Assembly (NCBI GenBank): GCA_965228475.1 | Contig: OZ245817.1 | Location: forward strand, 3,616,001-3,680,000 | DNA length: 64,000 nt | DNA from: Myxococcota bacterium | GTDB lineage: Bacteria; Myxococcota_A; UBA9160; JAFDDA01 | Direction of reading: 5' to 3' | In this document: positions 1 to 8,373 of the stretch, in pieces | Numbering within the stretch: position 1 is the first letter of the stretch | How the letters are laid out: each line of letters starts with the position of its first letter | The notes under the pieces: generated by a model | What the model was told of the DNA's origin: nothing | Seen by the model: only the letters and a program-made list of their open reading frames with translations | The model's database searches: none | Translations under genes and position numbers: made by a program

Positions 1-972
1 AAGGGCCCCCACGAGTGCAGCGACGCGCTGAAGCTCTTCAAGAAGCCCGTCAGCATGGTCTCGAACTACTGCGCGACGGGAACGGACGCCTTCCGCTACG
101 GCGCGATGGCCGTCGCCTCGGGCATGCACGACGTGGTGCTCGTCGTCGGCTACGACAAGCCCAAGGACCGCGGCGTCTCGGGCCCCTCGGTCATGATGGA
201 CGGCGTCCGCGACCTGCCGAAGACACCCGCCGGCTGGTTCTCCCTGTGCGCCGCCACCTACTTCGAGAAGTACGGAGCGGGCCGGGACGACCTCGCCAAG
301 ATCGCCATCAAGAACCACCACAACGGCACCCTCGCGCCGAACTCCTTCCTGAAGCGCGAGATCACGCTCGAGGACTATCAGAAGGCGCGCCTCATCTCCT
401 GGCCCTTCGGGCTCTACGACTGCGCCGCCCAGACCGACGGCGCCGCCGCCGCCATCCTGGTGCGCGCGGACCTCGCCAAGGAGTTCCGCGCGGACCCGGT
501 CTACGTGAAGGCCGTCTCGATCCAATCGGGACCGAACCCCCAGAAGGACCCGACCAACGACTTCCTCTCCTGGAAGCCCACGGGCTGGGCCGCGACGGAC
601 GCCTACGCCCAGGCCGGCGTCGGCGACCCGCGTGCGGAGATCGGCGTCGCCCAGGTGCACGACTGCTTCTCGCTGACCGAGCTCCTGAGCTACGAGGACC
701 TCAGCTTCTGCGAGAAGGGCGCGGCCAAGGAGCACATCGCGAGCGGGGAGTTCGAGCTCGGCGGCTCGCTTCCGGTGAACACCGACGGCGGCCTGAAGAG
801 CTTCGGCCATCCGACCGGCGCCACGGGCGTGCGCATGATCTACGAGAACGTGCTCCAGCTCCAGGGCCGCGCCGGCGAACGCCAGGTCCCGGGCGTCGAG
901 GGCAAGCTCGCGCTCTCCCACAACATCGGGGGCCACCCCACCGCCTGCGGCATCGCGATCCTCGGCCGCTAG
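1..972 (+). CDS. SCP2-type thiolase (lipid-transfer protein family), 5' partial
   Basis: Frame open from base 1 (KGPHECSDALKLFKKPVSMVSNYCATG); motifs NYCATG, VHDCF, GGLKSFGHPTGATG, SHNIGG. Confidence 0.9.
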   Translation, partial: KGPHECSDALKLFKKPVSMVSNYCATGTDAFRYGAMAVASGMHDVVLVVGYDKPKDRGVSGPSVMMDGVRDLPKTPAGWFSLCAATYFEKYGAGRDDLAKIAIKNHHNGTLAPNSFLKREITLEDYQKARLISWPFGLYDCAAQTDGAAAAILVRADLAKEFRADPVYVKAVSIQSGPNPQKDPTNDFLSWKPTGWAATDAYAQAGVGDPRAEIGVAQVHDCFSLTELLSYEDLSFCEKGAAKEHIASGEFELGGSLPVNTDGGLKSFGHPTGATGVRMIYENVLQLQGRAGERQVPGVEGKLALSHNIGGHPTACGIAILGR

Positions 973-981
973 GAGTCCTGC

Positions 982-1785
982 ATGGATTTCGAGACCCTGC
1001 GCTACGAGGTCGACGGCGGCGTCGCCACGATCACGCTCGACCGCCCCGAGCGCCACAACGCCTTCAACCTCGCGATGGCGGACGAGCTGAAGGCCGCGTG
1101 GGAAGCCGTGGAACGCGACGGCGAGGTCGTCTGCGCCATCGTCACGGGCGCGGGCGAGAAGGCCTTCTGTACCGGCATGGACGTCGCCGACGTGGCGTCG
1201 GGCGACGCCCGGGCGACCGGCTTCCTCCCGCGGGAGGAGGCACCCTGGTTCCAGCTCACCGCCATCCAGAACCGCTGCTGGAAACCCGTCATCACCGCCA
1301 TCAACGGCATGTGCTGCGGCGGCGGGCTCCACTTCGTGGCCGATACGGACCTCCTGCTCGCCGCCGAGCACGCGACCTTCTTCGACACCCACGTGAAGGT
1401 CGGGCTGATTGCGGGCCTCGAACCCGTCGGGCTCGCGCGCCGCATTCCGCTCGAAGCGGTGCTGCGCATGTCCTTCCTCGGCGGCAGCGAGCGCATGAGC
1501 GCCCAGGAAGCCAAGGAGATCGGCCTCGTCGGCGAGGTGCTGCCGGGCGACCAGCTGCTTCCCCGCGCCCGGGAGCTCGCCGCGAAGATCGCCGAGCACT
1601 CGCCCACGGCCCTCGCCCGCTCGAAGCAGTGCATCTGGGAGAGTCTCGACACCGGCCTCGATCAGGCCCTGACCGACACCTGGAACGCGATCGGCGAACA
1701 CTCGAAGTGCGCGGACCTCGAGGAAGGGGCCAAGGCCTTCGTCGAGAAGCGCAAGCCCCGCTGGGTGCCCTACACCGGGGAGTAG
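982..1785 (+). CDS. Enoyl-CoA hydratase/isomerase (crotonase) family protein
   Basis: ITLDRPERHNAF, AFCTGMD, KPVITAINGMCCGGG, C-terminal EGAKAFVEKRKP; AGGAG RBS. Confidence 0.9.
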   Translation: MDFETLRYEVDGGVATITLDRPERHNAFNLAMADELKAAWEAVERDGEVVCAIVTGAGEKAFCTGMDVADVASGDARATGFLPREEAPWFQLTAIQNRCWKPVITAINGMCCGGGLHFVADTDLLLAAEHATFFDTHVKVGLIAGLEPVGLARRIPLEAVLRMSFLGGSERMSAQEAKEIGLVGEVLPGDQLLPRARELAAKIAEHSPTALARSKQCIWESLDTGLDQALTDTWNAIGEHSKCADLEEGAKAFVEKRKPRWVPYTGE

Positions 1786-1787
1786 CG

Positions 1788-2519
1788 ATGTACGAGAACC
1801 TGCTCTTCGACGTCCGCGACGGCATCGCGACGATCACCCTGAACCGGCCCGACAAGCTGAACGCCTACACCACCGAGATGGGCGACGAGGTCTACGACGC
1901 GTTCCAGAAGGTGCGCGGCGACGACGCCGTGCGTTCGGTGATCCTCACCGGCGCAGGCCGGGGGTTCTGCGCCGGCGTGGACCTCGAGCACCTGAAGGCG
2001 CACCAGGCCGGCGGCAAGGCCGGAAGCGGCCCGAAGCTCGGCGAGGAGGCCTTTCTCAAGAAGCTCCCCCTCGAACTCCTCGAGTTCCCGAAGCCCGTGA
2101 TCGCCGCCGTGAACGGCGCCGCCATCGGCGTCGGCATCACGATGATCCTCCCCTGCGACCTGCGCATCGCCGCCGCCGGCGCGAAGCTCGGCGTGACCTT
2201 CGTGCGGCTCGGCATCCTGCCGGGGCTCGGGAGCACCCATCTCCTGCCCCGGCTCGTCGGCTCGGCCCGGGCGCGGGAGCTCGTGCTCACCGGGCGGAAG
2301 TTCACGGCCGAGCAGGCGGCGGCCTACGGGCTCGTGAACGAGGTCGTTCCCGGCGACGCCCTGCTCGCCCGGGCGCGGGAGATCGCCGCGGAGTTCGCCG
2401 AGAGCAAGCCGGCCGTCCTCGCCGCGGCCAAGCGCGCCCTCCTCTACGGCGAGGAACACGGCATGGCCGAGTCGATGAGGAACGAGCAGACCGAGAGCGC
2501 GGAGCTGCGGAAGCGCTAG
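1788..2519 (+). CDS. Enoyl-CoA hydratase/isomerase family protein
   Basis: ATG 1788 (MYENLLFDV) inside track ORF 15..2519; ITLNRPDKLNA, FCAGVDL, PKPVIAAVNGAAIG. Confidence 0.9.
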   Translation: MYENLLFDVRDGIATITLNRPDKLNAYTTEMGDEVYDAFQKVRGDDAVRSVILTGAGRGFCAGVDLEHLKAHQAGGKAGSGPKLGEEAFLKKLPLELLEFPKPVIAAVNGAAIGVGITMILPCDLRIAAAGAKLGVTFVRLGILPGLGSTHLLPRLVGSARARELVLTGRKFTAEQAAAYGLVNEVVPGDALLARAREIAAEFAESKPAVLAAAKRALLYGEEHGMAESMRNEQTESAELRKR

Positions 2520-3169
2520 GCCGTCTCCTTGGCCTCGGGCCGGCTGCGGACGCTCGCGAGCCGCTGCCCGGCGAACACGACCGCCGCGGCGATCCCGACG
2601 GTCAACCCGAAGCTCAGCCAGGGTCGGTCGATCGCCATCGCCCCGAGTGTCGCCATCACGAAGCCCGCGGGCACGGCGCCGACCGCGATGGCCAGCAGCA
2701 CGTGGCTCGTCGGCATGCGCGAGAGCCCCGCGATCAACACGACCCACTCGGCGGGGCCGCCCACGGCCTTCCCGAGCACGATCGCGGTCAGGCCGTAGCG
2801 GTCGTAGAAGCCCTCGGCGCGCGCGACGTCCGCGTCGCCGACCACCCAGCGCGCGCCGCGCGGGCCGAGGAAGCGGACGAGACCGAACCCGATCGCACCG
2901 GCGAGGGTCGAGGCGGCGCTGCCGATGAACCCGCCGAGGAGCGGCCCGTAGATCACCCCGAGCACGAACATCGCCGGTGCCGTCGGCATGGGGAGGACCG
3001 AGTCCGCCGCGATCACGAGCGCGGCGACGGCCCAGGCCCACGGCCCGTAGCCGCGCAGCCACTCGGCGACCTCGTCCATGCTCTCGGGAACCTCGAGCCC
3101 CGAGCCGATCGTGGTCATGAAGGTCAGACCGAACGCCAGGAAGGCGAGCGGGATGAGCAGGAGGCGCAT
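2516..3169 (-). CDS. DedA/VTT (TVP38/TMEM64) family membrane protein
   Basis: Several hydrophobic helices; LPMPT, GVIYGPLLGG, FYDRYG, IAGLSRMP. Confidence 0.8.
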   Translation of the reverse strand: MRLLLIPLAFLAFGLTFMTTIGSGLEVPESMDEVAEWLRGYGPWAWAVAALVIAADSVLPMPTAPAMFVLGVIYGPLLGGFIGSAASTLAGAIGFGLVRFLGPRGARWVVGDADVARAEGFYDRYGLTAIVLGKAVGGPAEWVVLIAGLSRMPTSHVLLAIAVGAVPAGFVMATLGAMAIDRPWLSFGLTVGIAAAVVFAGQRLASVRSRPEAKETA

Positions 3170-3178
3170 CGGGGCTCC

Positions 3179-3880
3179 TCAGTGAGTCGCAGCGACCTTG
3201 ACCGAGAGCTCCGTGCCCTCGTTCATCTCGAGCCGGCCGGAGCGGAACCCGTTCGCCGGGTCCGCCAGCCACGCGAGATAGGCCTCGTAGTTCGACCAGA
3301 ACGCGCCCACGTTGTCGGTCACGAGGGCCGCGCCGGGCCGCATGAAGGGTGCCACGCATTGGAGCACGGCGAGCGCCGCGTTGGGGAACCCGTCGTTCAG
3401 GAAGAAGTCCACCTCGCCGGGCAGGTCGCGCAGGGTCTCTCGCGCGTCCCCCTCCCGGATCTCGACCCATTCCTCGAGGCCCGCCTCGGCCAGGTGCTCG
3501 CGGGCGCGCTTCGCCTTGGCGGGGACGAACTCGCTCCCGATCACCTGCCCGCCGCCGTTGTCGCGAACCGCCGCGGCCAGGTAGATCGTCGAGACGCCGA
3601 AGGAGGTGCCGTACTCGACGATCCGCTTCGCGCCGAGGGCCCGGGCGAGCAGGTAGCAGAAGACGCCCTGGCTGCGGTCGAGGGCGATGAACTTGTCGTC
3701 GAAGACGCCGCCGAGCCGGTCCCAGGGGAGGTCCCGCTTCCGGAGCCAGTGCGGCACGTAGCGCAGGGCCTGGACCATCATGCGCGGGGTCTCCGCGTCC
3801 GCCTCGCGATGCAGGCGGTCGAGGACAGTGCGGACCTTCTCGTCGGGGAGGGCGCCGAGCGCCGCCGGTTCCTGGGCCAT
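3179..3880 (-). CDS. Class I SAM-dependent O-methyltransferase
   Basis: IVEYGTSFGVSTIYLA, EIREGDARETL, DFFLNDG, LVTDNV. Confidence 0.9.
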   Translation of the reverse strand: MAQEPAALGALPDEKVRTVLDRLHREADAETPRMMVQALRYVPHWLRKRDLPWDRLGGVFDDKFIALDRSQGVFCYLLARALGAKRIVEYGTSFGVSTIYLAAAVRDNGGGQVIGSEFVPAKAKRAREHLAEAGLEEWVEIREGDARETLRDLPGEVDFFLNDGFPNAALAVLQCVAPFMRPGAALVTDNVGAFWSNYEAYLAWLADPANGFRSGRLEMNEGTELSVKVAATH

Positions 3881-3906
3881 GGGGCCTCCTTTCGATGGAG
3901 GCTAGA

Positions 3907-3926
3907 ATACGAGCAATTGCTCGCAT
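3907..3926. promoter_or_regulatory. Palindromic candidate TetR operator between divergent methyltransferase and tetR
   Basis: ATaCGAGCAATTGCTCGcAT with perfect 14-bp core at 3910-3923; TAGAAT -10-like hexamer at 3903-3908. Confidence 0.65.
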
Positions 3927-3976
3927 AAACTACTCGCATTCGAAACCGCCCGAAAGCCCGAACGCTGGAGAACGCC

Positions 3977-4591
3977 ATGGCCGCCCGAGCCCGCATCCAA
4001 CCACGCAAACGCCCGCGACAGGCCCGCTCGGCCCGCACGACCGAGGCCATCCTCCAGGCCGCGGCTCGCGTTTTGAAGGAGGAGGGTCCGGCCGCTTTCA
4101 ACACCAACCGCGTGGCGGAGGTGGCCGGGGTGAGCGTCGGCTCGCTCTACCAGTACTTCCCGAACAAGGCCTCGCTGCTCTTCCAGCTCGACGTGCTCGA
4201 CTCCTCGGCCACGTGGTCCGAGATCGAGGTCCTGCTCGGTGACACGAGCAAGCCCGCGAGCGAGCGCATTGGCGACGCCGTCGAACGGTTCTTCCGTTCC
4301 GAGGCCGACGAGATGGTCTGGCGCGGCGCGTTGCGCAAAGCCGAAGCCTTCTTCGAACACACGCCCCAGATCGAGGAGCGCAACCGGCTCGTCCGGGCCC
4401 GCGTGCGCGAACTCCTCGCCGAGGTCCTGCCCAAGGGCTCCCGGGATCTCGACTTCAAGGCCGATCTCTTCTCGACGACCGTCTCGAGCGTCGCCGAGGC
4501 CATCACCGAGCGCACGACGGAACCGAGCGAGGTGCGCCGCTGGGCGAAGGCCACGAGCGAGATGCTGTGCCGTCAGCTCGGGATCGCGTGA
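3977..4591 (+). CDS. TetR/AcrR family regulator
   Basis: HTH: AILQAAARVL..FNTNRVAEVAGVSVGSLYQYFPNK. Confidence 0.95.
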   Translation: MAARARIQPRKRPRQARSARTTEAILQAAARVLKEEGPAAFNTNRVAEVAGVSVGSLYQYFPNKASLLFQLDVLDSSATWSEIEVLLGDTSKPASERIGDAVERFFRSEADEMVWRGALRKAEAFFEHTPQIEERNRLVRARVRELLAEVLPKGSRDLDFKADLFSTTVSSVAEAITERTTEPSEVRRWAKATSEMLCRQLGIA

Positions 4592-4598
4592 GGCACGC

Positions 4599-4612
4599 GA
4601 AGCGGCCGCTTC
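4599..4612. terminator. Palindrome between convergent genes, possible terminator
   Basis: GAAGCGGCCGCTTC perfect palindrome; no U-tract. Confidence 0.25.
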
Positions 4613-4622
4613 CCGCGGAAGC

Positions 4623-5201
4623 TCATTCCGCGCGCGGGTTCTTGCCGAACGCTTCGGCAGGAGCTTCGGCCAGGAGTTCCCGGATCTTCGCCTCGGTCAC
4701 GTCGTAGCGGCCCTCCCCCACCTGGACGTGGCGGATCCGGCCCTGGCGGTCGACGAGATACATCGTGGGCCAGGCCCAGTTCCGGTAGCGCTTCCACGTG
4801 GTGAAGTCGTTGTCGACGGCGATCGGGTAGCGGATCTCCTTGTCGGCGACGTACTCCCGGACGTTGGCGAGATCGCGCTCGAAGGAGAACTCGGGCGTAT
4901 GAACCGCGACGGTGACGAGCCCCTTCTCGGCGTAGCGATCGTGCCAGCGCACGAGATACGGCTCGACGTTCTGGCAGTTCCAGCACGCGAACGTCCAGAA
5001 CTCGACCAGCACGACCTTTCCGCGCAGCCCGGCCATGGTGAGCGGCTCGCTGTTGATCCACGCTTCGGCGTGGAACTCGGGGGCCGTCTTCGGGGGCTCC
5101 GGACGCGCCGCGAACAGGCTCCCGGCGAGCCCCCCGAGCAGCAGGGTCGCGAGGGCGAAGCTCACGGCCCGCGCACCCCACAGAGATGAAGCGTTTCCCA
5201 T
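4623..5201 (-). CDS. Exported thioredoxin-like redoxin (TlpA/DipZ C-terminal-like)
   Basis: Signal/TM segment, LRGKVVLVEFWTFACWNC (CxxC), VHTPEFSFE, NWAWPTMYLVD. Confidence 0.9.
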   Translation of the reverse strand: MGNASSLWGARAVSFALATLLLGGLAGSLFAARPEPPKTAPEFHAEAWINSEPLTMAGLRGKVVLVEFWTFACWNCQNVEPYLVRWHDRYAEKGLVTVAVHTPEFSFERDLANVREYVADKEIRYPIAVDNDFTTWKRYRNWAWPTMYLVDRQGRIRHVQVGEGRYDVTEAKIRELLAEAPAEAFGKNPRAE

Positions 5202-5242
5202 GTTGGACCTCCCCCTCTAGAACGATCGCGGAGAGGCTTCGG

Positions 5243-5698
5243 TTACCGGCGCAGCAGGAAAGGCCGTTTCGTGCTCGAATCGAACCCCAGGGATTCATAG
5301 AAACGGTGGGCCTCGGGCCGATGCGCCCCGGACAGCAGCATGATCTTGTAACAGCCGCGCTCCCAGCAGGCGTCGATGAGGGCGTTCATGACCCGAGCCC
5401 CGTGGCCCTCGCGGCGGTGGGCGGCGTCGGTGACGACGTTCTCGACGACGGCGTAGGGGCGCGCGCGCCGAGTGAGATTCGGCGTGAAGCTCGCGTGGGC
5501 CGCCGCGAGCAGGCGCTCCCCGGCGAAGACGCCGAGGTGGAGCACCCAGGAGCTCGCGAGGATCTCCCGCCACGTCTCCTCGAGGCGCTTTCGCGAGGTC
5601 GCCGCGTCGTCTTCGTGGCGGAACTGCTCGTACAGCCGCAGGAGCTCGTCGAGGTCCTCGGCGCGAAGCGGCCGGACGTGGGTTTCGGTCTCCGACAC
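5243..5698 (-). CDS. GNAT family N-acetyltransferase
   Basis: VENVVTDAAHRREGHG, GCYKIMLLSG, AHRFYESLGF. Confidence 0.9.
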   Translation of the reverse strand: MSETETHVRPLRAEDLDELLRLYEQFRHEDDAATSRKRLEETWREILASSWVLHLGVFAGERLLAAAHASFTPNLTRRARPYAVVENVVTDAAHRREGHGARVMNALIDACWERGCYKIMLLSGAHRPEAHRFYESLGFDSSTKRPFLLRR

Positions 5699-5738
5699 GC
5701 CTCCGAGGATAGCGGGACGCCGGAATCGGAGCGGACCG

Positions 5739-6239
5739 CTAGCGGAGCCCCTCGGCCGCGATCTTGGCGATGGGCTCCACTTCCTCCTCGAAGACCAGCC
5801 GCCCGTCGTCGGCGACCTCGAGGGTCGTGTCGGGGTCCGGCCCCGCGCCCTCGGCCAGGGCCGGCGCCTCCTCCGGGCCGATCACGATCGACCCGCGGAA
5901 GTTCGAGCCGGGCTCGACGACGATGCCTGCGGTCGTGATGTCGCTGCGAACGCGCGCGCCCTTGTGGAGCGCGACGAGGGTCGTGGCGCTGATGTCGCCC
6001 TGGACCTCGCCGAGCACGACGACGACGTCCGCGAAGATCGAGGCGTCGACGGCGCCCGTCTCCCCGACGATCACGGTGCCGCGTGCACGGACCTCGCCTT
6101 CGATCTGCCCGTCGATGCGGACGCCGTTCTGGAACTGGAGCTGGCCGGCCAGCTGGCAGCCCTCTTCGATGAACGTCGCGCTCGGGGGAACTTCGGGCAG
6201 GGCGAGCGCACTCGCCCGCTTCGGTGCGAACCAGGACAT
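5739..6239 (-). CDS. Bactofilin (polymer-forming cytoskeletal protein)
   Basis: ATG 6239 after GGAGG; TFIEEGCQLAGQL..VRIDGQIEGEV..IVGETGAV..VEPGSNFRG beta-helix; acidic tail. Confidence 0.88.
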   Translation of the reverse strand: MSWFAPKRASALALPEVPPSATFIEEGCQLAGQLQFQNGVRIDGQIEGEVRARGTVIVGETGAVDASIFADVVVVLGEVQGDISATTLVALHKGARVRSDITTAGIVVEPGSNFRGSIVIGPEEAPALAEGAGPDPDTTLEVADDGRLVFEEEVEPIAKIAAEGLR

Positions 6240-6346
6240 GGGAACCTCCAGGGGTGCCTCCTCGGTCCGGATCGGACCTTCGGGCGCGGTTCCCAGTGCG
6301 CAGGCGCACAAAGCACGCTTCGGCCGCAGCGGGCTCGGCCCCGCTC

Positions 6347-6790
6347 TCAGGAGCGCGGGGCGATCTGGCGCCAGCGCGCGCGGGCGGTCGTCAGGACCTG
6401 CCCCTCGGCGTCGCGGATTTCGCCTCGGACGTAGACGTCACGGGCCTCGCGGCGCTCGAACTCGCCGATCACCACGATCGGAACGCCGGCCAGGACCGGC
6501 CTGCTGTAGCGGAGCTCGAAGTCGACGGTCACGATGTCGACCTCCTCGTCTTCGAAGGCCACGTGCCCGGCGACGCCCAGGACCTCGTCGAGCAGCGTGG
6601 CCTGGACGCCGCCATGCACGACGTTGGGCGCGCCGCACAGGTGTTCGGGCGCCTCGTAGCGGCACTCGACCCGGTTCTCGCCGGTCCGCGTGAAGGACAT
6701 CCGGAGCCCGCGCTCGTTCGCGTGGCCACAGCCGAAGCAGGTGCCGTCCGGCCCGTCGTTTTCCCAGGTTTCGCCGATCGCGATCTTCAT
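6347..6790 (-). CDS. PaaI family hotdog thioesterase
   Basis: CFGCG..NERGL and VVHGGVQATLLDE; start re-called to ATG 6790. Confidence 0.9.
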   Translation of the reverse strand: MKIAIGETWENDGPDGTCFGCGHANERGLRMSFTRTGENRVECRYEAPEHLCGAPNVVHGGVQATLLDEVLGVAGHVAFEDEEVDIVTVDFELRYSRPVLAGVPIVVIGEFERREARDVYVRGEIRDAEGQVLTTARARWRQIAPRS

Positions 6791-6848
6791 GGGGCGGCAG
6801 GTTACCCTACGGCCGAGACGTTTGAGGTGCGCGCCCGGAGGAACGTTC

Positions 6849-7130
6849 ATGAAGGCGGTCTGGAATGGCCAGGTCATCGCGGAGAGCGACGCCACGCGCG
6901 TCGTCGAGGGAAACCACTACTTCCCGCCGGACTCGCTCCGCCGCGAGTTCTTCCGCGACAGCCCCGAAACGAGCTACTGCGGCTGGAAGGGCACGGCCTC
7001 GTACTACGACGTCGTCGTCGACGGCGAGGCGAACCCGGGCGCGGCCTGGACCTACCGCGAGCCCATGGAGGCGGCCGAAGAGATCCGGGACTACGTGGCG
7101 TTCTGGCGCCGGATCGAGGTCGCGGAATAG
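6849..7130 (+). CDS. DUF427 protein
   Basis: MKAVWNGQVIAESD..VEGNHYFP..CGWKGTASYY..AAWTY; GGAGG RBS. Confidence 0.9.
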   Translation: MKAVWNGQVIAESDATRVVEGNHYFPPDSLRREFFRDSPETSYCGWKGTASYYDVVVDGEANPGAAWTYREPMEAAEEIRDYVAFWRRIEVAE

Positions 7131-7194
7131 TCAGGCCGAAGCCCTAACATGGAACCACGAGTCCGCCGATGCAGAGGCAGTCTCCGACTTTTTC

Positions 7195-7617
7195 GTGAGG
7201 GTCCATTTGTCGTCTTCCCATCCCCTGATACGGGGCCTGGTTGCCGCCGGCTTCCTGGTGCTCTTCGGCGGCCTGTCGACCGCCGCGCCCGCGCTCCTCG
7301 CCGCCGAGCCGGCTGCCGACGCCCGAGCCGACTCCGACGCCGACGCCGAGGACGCGCCGGCCAGCTGGAGCGACCGCCTCAAGGAGGCGAGCGACCGCAT
7401 CGCCCGAGCGCGGCTGCGGGCGAGCAAGGCCGAGGGCGCCTACTCGCGCGCACGACACGACGGGTATCCGCGCGGCGATGCGCTCGGGCAGATCAAGAAG
7501 GAATGGGACGCCGCGGCCGAAGAGCTTCGCGCCGCGCGCGAGGCGCTTCCGGAGCTCGTCGAGGAAGCGCGCCAGGCCGGCGCCGAGGCCTCGGTGCTCC
7601 GCCCCTACGACGGCTGA
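7195..7617 (+). CDS. Hypothetical exported alpha-helical protein (start uncertain)
   Basis: Signal-peptide-like GLVAAGFLVLFGGLSTAAPA followed by amphipathic helices; genome-like codon usage. Confidence 0.6.
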   Translation: MRVHLSSSHPLIRGLVAAGFLVLFGGLSTAAPALLAAEPAADARADSDADAEDAPASWSDRLKEASDRIARARLRASKAEGAYSRARHDGYPRGDALGQIKKEWDAAAEELRAAREALPELVEEARQAGAEASVLRPYDG

Positions 7618-8273
7618 CCCGGCGCGGGCATCAGCTCCCCGGCGAGGGTCCGCTTCAACAGCGCGATCTCCCGGTCGGCCGACACGAGCGGCCGCTCGCC
7701 CTGGAGCATCTCGTTCGTCGCGAGCCCCGAGAGCATCGCGATCACCGCGCGCTCGAGGGCGTGCCGCTCGGCTCGCGCGAGTGGTGAATCGTGGAAGATG
7801 CGCGTCCACAGGGCGTCGACCGCCGCGAGCATCTGGGCCGGGATGGCCGCAGTGCGGGCCTGATTCGAGGGGTTCGGCGCCGCCCGCACCGTGCCGAGCA
7901 GGATCTCGAAGTTCGCGCGGTAGACGGGGCTCCGGAAGTGCGACCAGGCCCGGTCGACCAACTCCCCGACCCGCTCTTCGAGGCCCGAGGCCTCGTCCGG
8001 AAGGTCCGCCAGCCGGCGGGCGAAGCGATCGAATCCCTCCTCGAGCACCGCGGCCAGGAGCTCCTCCTTGTCGCCGAAGTGATGCTGCACCGCACCCCAG
8101 GTGACTTCGGCGCGGCGGGCGATCTCGTTCGCCGAGGCCCGCGCGAGGCCGAGCTCGGCGATGGCCGCGATGGCCGCGTCGAGGATCCGGGCCCGGGTCT
8201 CGGCGCGCTGCTCGGCCCGCGGGCGGCGGGCCCGGGAGCGGCGACGGGGGACGCGGAGAGCGGGCTCGGACAC
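7605..8273 (-). CDS. TetR/AcrR family regulator, divergent from P450
   Basis: RARILDAAI..SANEIARRAEVTWGAVQHHFGDK; start re-called to GTG 8273. Confidence 0.9.
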   Translation of the reverse strand: MSEPALRVPRRRSRARRPRAEQRAETRARILDAAIAAIAELGLARASANEIARRAEVTWGAVQHHFGDKEELLAAVLEEGFDRFARRLADLPDEASGLEERVGELVDRAWSHFRSPVYRANFEILLGTVRAAPNPSNQARTAAIPAQMLAAVDALWTRIFHDSPLARAERHALERAVIAMLSGLATNEMLQGERPLVSADREIALLKRTLAGELMPAPGQPS

Positions 8274-8305
8274 GGTGACTCCCGGCAAGGATTCGGAATC
8301 ACTAC

Positions 8306-8338
8306 CACATTTCACATTGCATGCAAAATGTCAATGTG
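8306..8338. promoter_or_regulatory. AT-rich imperfect inverted repeat, candidate TetR operator
   Basis: CACATTTCACATTGCATGCAAAATGTCAATGTG with perfect core TTGCATGCAA, in the tetR/P450 divergent gap. Confidence 0.65.
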
Positions 8339-8373
8339 CTTCCCTGGCCTCTGCGGTTCCGGAGGTCCCCCGC

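Noticed and set aside
15..1787. N-terminal extensions of track ORFs (15..2519, 9573..11738, 17562..22730, 26358..29957, 55580..58552, 59405..62524) suggesting further fusions
   Set aside because: Extensions are low-complexity off-frame reads of the upstream genes; real starts have an RBS or a stop/start overlap. Only the 17562-21401 fusion has motifs in every segment.
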